This document shows positions 58,309 to 62,229 of a stretch of 62,229 nt of DNA, piece after piece. Position numbers and translations under genes: made by a program. The notes beneath the pieces were generated by a model that was given only the letters and a program-made list of their open reading frames with translations, did not search any database and had not been told where the DNA came from. The stretch spans positions 1 through 62,229 of IMG/VR virus record IMGVR_UViG_3300020477_000002. The stretch is one strand, 5' to 3'. This DNA is from a virus. Taxonomy: Duplodnaviria > Caudoviricetes. The first letter of the stretch is position 1. The number at the start of each line of letters is the position of its first letter.

Positions 58309-58792
58309 CCAATATATTTTTTCTTAAATATCTTGCAATGAGTACCGCATCAGCAATCCCGTGATCTTTAACTCGTGTAAGTGAGAGTTCTGGATAGAGC
58401 TGTGATACCTTCTGTATGGATGCACCTTTTTCCTTACCCATATCAGGCATCATAACTTTTTTCCACGATTGAGGTTGAATTAAATGATAAGGTATTCCAT
58501 TACCTACGCATAAACCACGAAGAAAGCCATATGAAGCCATGTACCTCCCACTCGAAACTATGCCCTGATTCGGCATAGTCTGGCTCTTTTCAAGCCCTAC
58601 TGTGATAGGTTTAGCTTTCCACATCTTAAATATCATACCAAGCTTTGCTTCATCCAGTTCACGCTTCTTGCCTACCTTTATAATAGGCATATCCATTACA
58701 AAGTCTATCTTTAAATCTTTATCTAAAACAGCTATAGCCCCTGAGAATCCGGGGTCAATACCCATTAAATACATTTTCTTCCCTGTAATCAT
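58280..58792 (-). CDS. ruvC: RuvC-like Holliday junction resolvase
   Basis: MGIDPGFSGAIA, LEK, PQSWKK, DHGIADAVLIA; start set at the GGAGG-preceded ATG. Confidence 0.85.
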   Translation of the reverse strand: MITGKKMYLMGIDPGFSGAIAVLDKDLKIDFVMDMPIIKVGKKRELDEAKLGMIFKMWKAKPITVGLEKSQTMPNQGIVSSGRYMASYGFLRGLCVGNGIPYHLIQPQSWKKVMMPDMGKEKGASIQKVSQLYPELSLTRVKDHGIADAVLIARYLRKNILDGTAISGKG

Positions 58793-59366
58793 CGACAGCC
58801 TCCTGCTCTTCATGCTCTGATACCTGCCACGATGGGAGTATTTCTTCCTGTATTAGTGAGGGCTGAGCACCATACTTAGTTATCTTGCCACCATTTTCTA
58901 GGTACTCCTCCACCTTTGTTCTCAACTCAACTCTTTCTTCCGTATCAGATGGCGTAAAAGAGGCCGTGTTAACCAGTGCCACAGGTATTTTTATCTCTAT
59001 CTTGTGACCACACTGACCAGTTTTCCTCCATTTATTACCTGAACCTGCTGTCCCAAATATAGTTTTAGTCTGCCTATTCCATACAGTATTGTCAATGCCT
59101 AGTGCCCTATGCCGTTCACGCTTCTTTTTCCTTTTATCTGCCATAACAATTCCCCAGCAGGTCTTCTTGCAGTATATGTGACGTTCCGATTTCGGCTCAA
59201 ATTTATCACCACAATACACACATACCCTTGTAGGAAGTAATGACCTGAGACTTAAACGCTTTTCCCTGCGTTTCATCTCATAATAAGTAGCACATGACAT
59301 TGAACAAAATTTTGTCCTCCTTCTAGGAAGCTCATTACCACATACTGCACACCCCTTTCTCTTCAT
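58755..59366 (-). CDS. Double Zn-finger protein with SutA-like RNAP-binding motif
   Basis: CAVC...FCSMSC, CVYC...YCKKTC; ERVELRTKVEEYLENGGKITK. Confidence 0.55.
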   Translation of the reverse strand: MKRKGCAVCGNELPRRRTKFCSMSCATYYEMKRREKRLSLRSLLPTRVCVYCGDKFEPKSERHIYCKKTCWGIVMADKRKKKRERHRALGIDNTVWNRQTKTIFGTAGSGNKWRKTGQCGHKIEIKIPVALVNTASFTPSDTEERVELRTKVEEYLENGGKITKYGAQPSLIQEEILPSWQVSEHEEQEAVDDYREENVFNGY

Positions 59367-59368
59367 AG

Positions 59369-59674
59369 CTAAGCCCTTCCTACTGTTGGAGTACTTGCCA
59401 GTGCATCACTCTCCAGCATATATATCATAGTTCCGACTGTATCTGCTATCTCCAGCCAAAATGTTTCTGGGGAGGTATCGGATTTATGGGCTTCCATCAT
59501 CAGCTCCTGAAATGAAATACCAGACTTCCAAGATGCGGCAGCACAGGCAAGCATAGTTGCTAACTGCCTACGTGAATCTAATATAGAATCACTCTCAAGC
59601 TTCTGCTCCTTGACTGTTTTCTTCCGTCTGGACGTATTGTTGTTCTTTACTTTTGGTCTTACTATTTTCGGCAT
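59369..59674 (-). CDS. Hypothetical protein
   Basis: 101-aa ORF in the operon. Confidence 0.6.
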   Translation of the reverse strand: MPKIVRPKVKNNNTSRRKKTVKEQKLESDSILDSRRQLATMLACAAASWKSGISFQELMMEAHKSDTSPETFWLEIADTVGTMIYMLESDALASTPTVGRA

Positions 59675-60257
59675 GGTTAATCATCTTTATAGGTTGAGTG
59701 TTTGACTCGGCAATAATTTCCCCCTCTATGACATTATTGCCCATCTGTGTGTTTAGTTCCTTCAGGGCATCTTCCACCCTGTATACGTTCTCATTCTTCT
59801 GCTCGATGTACTTGTACTCATTAGGCATTGCAAGAGCTATCCTCTCACTACGTATGAGCTTCATCACTGTGTCGGCTTTAGCCGACCACATACTTAATTC
59901 ACTTGCATCCTTAGAATTAAGTACCTTCTCCTTTAAACTATTAAGTTCATCTAAGTGCTGATGGGAAATATTTGCCCGGTCATCTGCATACTTTTGTATC
60001 ATCCGTGTATGCATATGTGTTAATGCCTCCTCCCTCTTGGAAGCATACTGCCAGTTTCCTGCATTAACATACTTAGTCAGAGTGCTCTGCCAGAAGCCAT
60101 ACTTCTCACAGATCTGTGACCTAGTAAGTATACCAGCCTCAAAGTCCACCCTGACTGCCGCCTTCATCACTTCCCTGTGATGCTTGGCTTCATGCTTAGA
60201 TCCAGTTGTTACTTTCGTGGCATTGCTATTACCACGCTTCTTTACAGGTTTTCTCAT
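59595..60257 (-). CDS. Putative terminase small subunit
   Basis: HTH (RVDFEAG..TRSQICEKYG...TLTKY...NW) plus helical body; upstream of TerL. Confidence 0.65.
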   Translation of the reverse strand: MRKPVKKRGNSNATKVTTGSKHEAKHHREVMKAAVRVDFEAGILTRSQICEKYGFWQSTLTKYVNAGNWQYASKREEALTHMHTRMIQKYADDRANISHQHLDELNSLKEKVLNSKDASELSMWSAKADTVMKLIRSERIALAMPNEYKYIEQKNENVYRVEDALKELNTQMGNNVIEGEIIAESNTQPIKMINHAENSKTKSKEQQYVQTEENSQGAEA

Positions 60258-60263
60258 ATAGTA

Positions 60264-60473
60264 CTAAATTGGTGCTATATCATCTTCAGCAATCTCATCC
60301 TCCCACCTCTTTACTCGCTCCTTGTCAGATTCAATCTTATCCTTGAGCCAGCGATTCTGCCTCTTCTCAAGTTCCCTTCTTACTTCACTACGCTGATCCT
60401 TAGTGCTGTCATCCAAACAGGTAGATACTTTCTTCCTACCAATAGGCATCGATTTCATATTGTCCCCCTTCAC
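60264..60473 (-). CDS. Hypothetical protein
   Basis: Charged helical ORF in the operon. Confidence 0.5.
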   Translation of the reverse strand: MKGDNMKSMPIGRKKVSTCLDDSTKDQRSEVRRELEKRQNRWLKDKIESDKERVKRWEDEIAEDDIAPI

Positions 60474-60651
60474 AGCACGGCACTACATTAGTACCGCAGT
60501 TAATACATTGCTCATGACCATGTACCCTAATTGGTATCGTGATCATACCACAATAGTTACACCTGTTATGTGCCTCTCCATTTACCGACACTACCTCTGG
60601 GACGCTTTCCCAGCTTCCCCTTTTGTACACCTTTGTCCCCTTTAAAGCCAT
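60436..60651 (-). CDS. Small Zn-ribbon protein
   Basis: CNYC...VHGHEQCINC...PCCEG. Confidence 0.65.
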   Translation of the reverse strand: MALKGTKVYKRGSWESVPEVVSVNGEAHNRCNYCGMITIPIRVHGHEQCINCGTNVVPCCEGGQYEIDAYW

Positions 60652-60823
60652 ATACCTTCAATAACACATTAACGCTTTCAGCATTGATAATCTGAGTCAA
60701 TGTCAATTCGTATGTTTTACCTTTCATTAAATTAGATAATACAGTATCTGTCAATGGTACATTTATCTTTATAGGGTCTGTCTGTTTTTTTATAATACGC
60801 CTGATGTTCTCCTGATCATTCAT
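60566..60823 (-). CDS. Hypothetical protein
   Basis: ATGA coupling to the upstream gene. Confidence 0.5.
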   Translation of the reverse strand: MNDQENIRRIIKKQTDPIKINVPLTDTVLSNLMKGKTYELTLTQIINAESVNVLLKVYGFKGDKGVQKGKLGKRPRGSVGKWRGT

Positions 60824-61038
60824 TTGGCTTTGGAATTCCTCAACTCACTACGCCATGCGGCTTTCCTTTTATTATATTCATTCGTAAGATCAAAGATCCA
60901 ATCCTGCAACACATCAATCTGCCACAGTGGATACATCTTATCAAAGTGGGGCATTATCTTTATATGTCCTTCTCCTACAGGAACATCTGCAAGTAACTTA
61001 ATTTCAGTCTTCATGTTGCTATCTCTATTAGGTTGCAT
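60820..61038 (-). CDS. Hypothetical protein (likely start MKTEIK at 61014)
   Basis: IDVLQDWIFDL motif; in the operon. Confidence 0.6.
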   Translation of the reverse strand: MQPNRDSNMKTEIKLLADVPVGEGHIKIMPHFDKMYPLWQIDVLQDWIFDLTNEYNKRKAAWRSELRNSKAK

Positions 61039-61427
61039 AGTTTAACGGGGATATCATAAAAGTTCTCCCCCTCAGGATACCTTGTATTAGGTATATTCCT
61101 GACGTACTCCTCCTTCATGTGCCTACCATCTATGTGCCAAGCCTTACTGCAATCCTTGTTCAATACCCAAAATGCAATTCGCCTGCCACCCTCAAGGTAC
61201 TTCTTCTTCCTATAAGGGATATGCACAGTTCTCCAGCTCGTAGGCCACTCATCCTCCCACGAGGATTTAATCTCTACCTCATGGGATACGTTGATCCACG
61301 ACTGGATATCAGGGCCGTAATCCTCCCGTATATTAGTTAATATACCCTTGGAGTCAAGATACGACCTGACTGCTGTCTTTGCTTTATTGTCGCAAGCTAG
61401 ATATGCCTGCTTGTTGAAATATGCCAT
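61011..61427 (-). CDS. PD-(D/E)xK-fold nuclease-like protein
   Basis: YGPD...EVEIK, VHIPYRKKK, ENFYDIP. Confidence 0.55.
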   Translation of the reverse strand: MAYFNKQAYLACDNKAKTAVRSYLDSKGILTNIREDYGPDIQSWINVSHEVEIKSSWEDEWPTSWRTVHIPYRKKKYLEGGRRIAFWVLNKDCSKAWHIDGRHMKEEYVRNIPNTRYPEGENFYDIPVKLCNLIEIAT

Positions 61428-61738
61428 TATAATAATCGTCCATGATTCCCTTCTAATAGCTCTTCTAATGGTATGTTAAAGTTTTCAGCTTCTGGTACTA
61501 CTAGCTGAAGAGGTGGAATAATACTTTTCTCGTGTACAGTCTGCGGCTCCTTAAGCTTAGCTTCGGCATCCCGCATAGCTTTTTGGTGATTTTCAGCAAG
61601 CATCTCATCATATGATGGGTAGCCCTTAGCCGCCTGCTTATCACTAACCTTACCCATAAAGCCGTATATCATTAATGGGACTGTAAACACTAATGACCAC
61701 AACCCTATGGTGTCTATGATCTCGTTAAATTTGTTCAT
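61427..61738 (-). CDS. Membrane-anchored hypothetical protein
   Basis: N-terminal TM; first gene after the leftward promoter. Confidence 0.6.
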   Translation of the reverse strand: MNKFNEIIDTIGLWSLVFTVPLMIYGFMGKVSDKQAAKGYPSYDEMLAENHQKAMRDAEAKLKEPQTVHEKSIIPPLQLVVPEAENFNIPLEELLEGNHGRLL

Positions 61739-61755
61739 GATTACCCCCGGTCTTG

Positions 61756-61854
61756 AATGTTTGATACGGACTTACCGGATCAGATTAAAGCATGCTGAAC
61801 AAGCAAGCCCGTAATTTCACCAAACAGATGAATCTTATATTGGTTAAGACTCAT
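61756..61854 (-). ncRNA. Structured 5' leader of the leftward operon
   Basis: atgagtctta/taagattcat hairpin, then tgtttgg/tcaaaca enclosing tacgggcttgc/gtaagtccgta; G-U pairs favour the - strand. Confidence 0.5.
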
Positions 61855-61859
61855 ATCAG

Positions 61860-61888
61860 AGTATAAAGCAAAATGTACACCATGTCAA
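61860..61888 (-). promoter_or_regulatory. Near-consensus sigma70 promoter, leftward
   Basis: TTGACA-17 bp-TATACT. Confidence 0.85.
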
Positions 61889-62109
61889 CTATTATTTTCA
61901 TGAGGGGATAAGCAACTCATATTATTTTGGGTTTTCGGAAGGGGGGTGTAAGAGAGTAGGAGTCCCATATATATATGTGCACGGGCGGAGGGTCGCCTGT
62001 GGGGGGGACTTTTTGTGCGAACCATTTATTTGATCTGATCTTTTTTCTGGAGGTCATCCGAATCTGGGAAATGCTTCGGGGCAATCGAGCCAATTTTTTG
62101 GGAAAGTTG

Positions 62110-62118
62110 TGCTAGACT
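62110..62118 (+). promoter_or_regulatory. Putative extended -10 sigma70 promoter for the first gene
   Basis: TG-c-TAGACT about 100 nt upstream (across the join) of ORF 69..449; no clear -35. Confidence 0.5.
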
Positions 62119-62152
62119 GAAAGCAGATCGACTTGCCACTTTTGGCAGGAAG

Positions 62153-62229
62153 ATCAGGCACATACCCGCACATACAGGCGTGTGTGAATGCCGAACCAAC
62201 CCCACGCACAGGAGTGAACGATGGGAAAT
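62153..62229. repeat. Exact 77-bp terminal direct repeat (copy 2)
   Basis: Identical to 1-77. Confidence 0.95.

Noticed and set aside
1-62229. Stop-codon reassignment
   Set aside because: Genes tile tightly under code 11, and TAA, TAG and TGA all serve as real stops

Overview
A complete, circularly assembled ~62.15 kb dsDNA tailed-phage genome. Bases 1-77 recur exactly at 62153-62229, most likely an assembly overlap. It looks like a short-tailed (podo-like) phage, probably marine, and has two arms. The + strand arm (~62110 through the join to 14680) carries a lone first gene with its own terminator and a cluster of small acidic early genes. It then encodes a MoxR-like AAA+ ATPase / DUF3150-like / metallopeptidase-VWA module, a YqaJ exonuclease with an annealing protein, and lambda-style replication genes (initiator, loader-like, DnaB). 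These are followed by an orphan NrdJ C-terminal domain, an HTH, SSB, an RHH protein and a 200-nt structured RNA. The - strand arm (61890 to 14775) carries TerS, RuvC, TerL, HNH, portal, scaffold, N4-gp56-type capsid, tail adaptor, a 15-gene modular fibre locus, a lysis cassette, a 2101-aa nozzle protein and three ejection proteins (498, 762 and 3138 aa). I recognised no DNA or RNA polymerase, integrase, methyltransferase, tRNA or CRISPR array. The most unusual signals are an apparent branched fibre-hub-tip/chaperone gene grammar, a first gene packed with triloop palindromes, several structured RNAs, the orphan NrdJ tail and apparent avoidance of CCWGG, GCGC and CGCG. All family assignments come from motif recognition by eye, not database searches.
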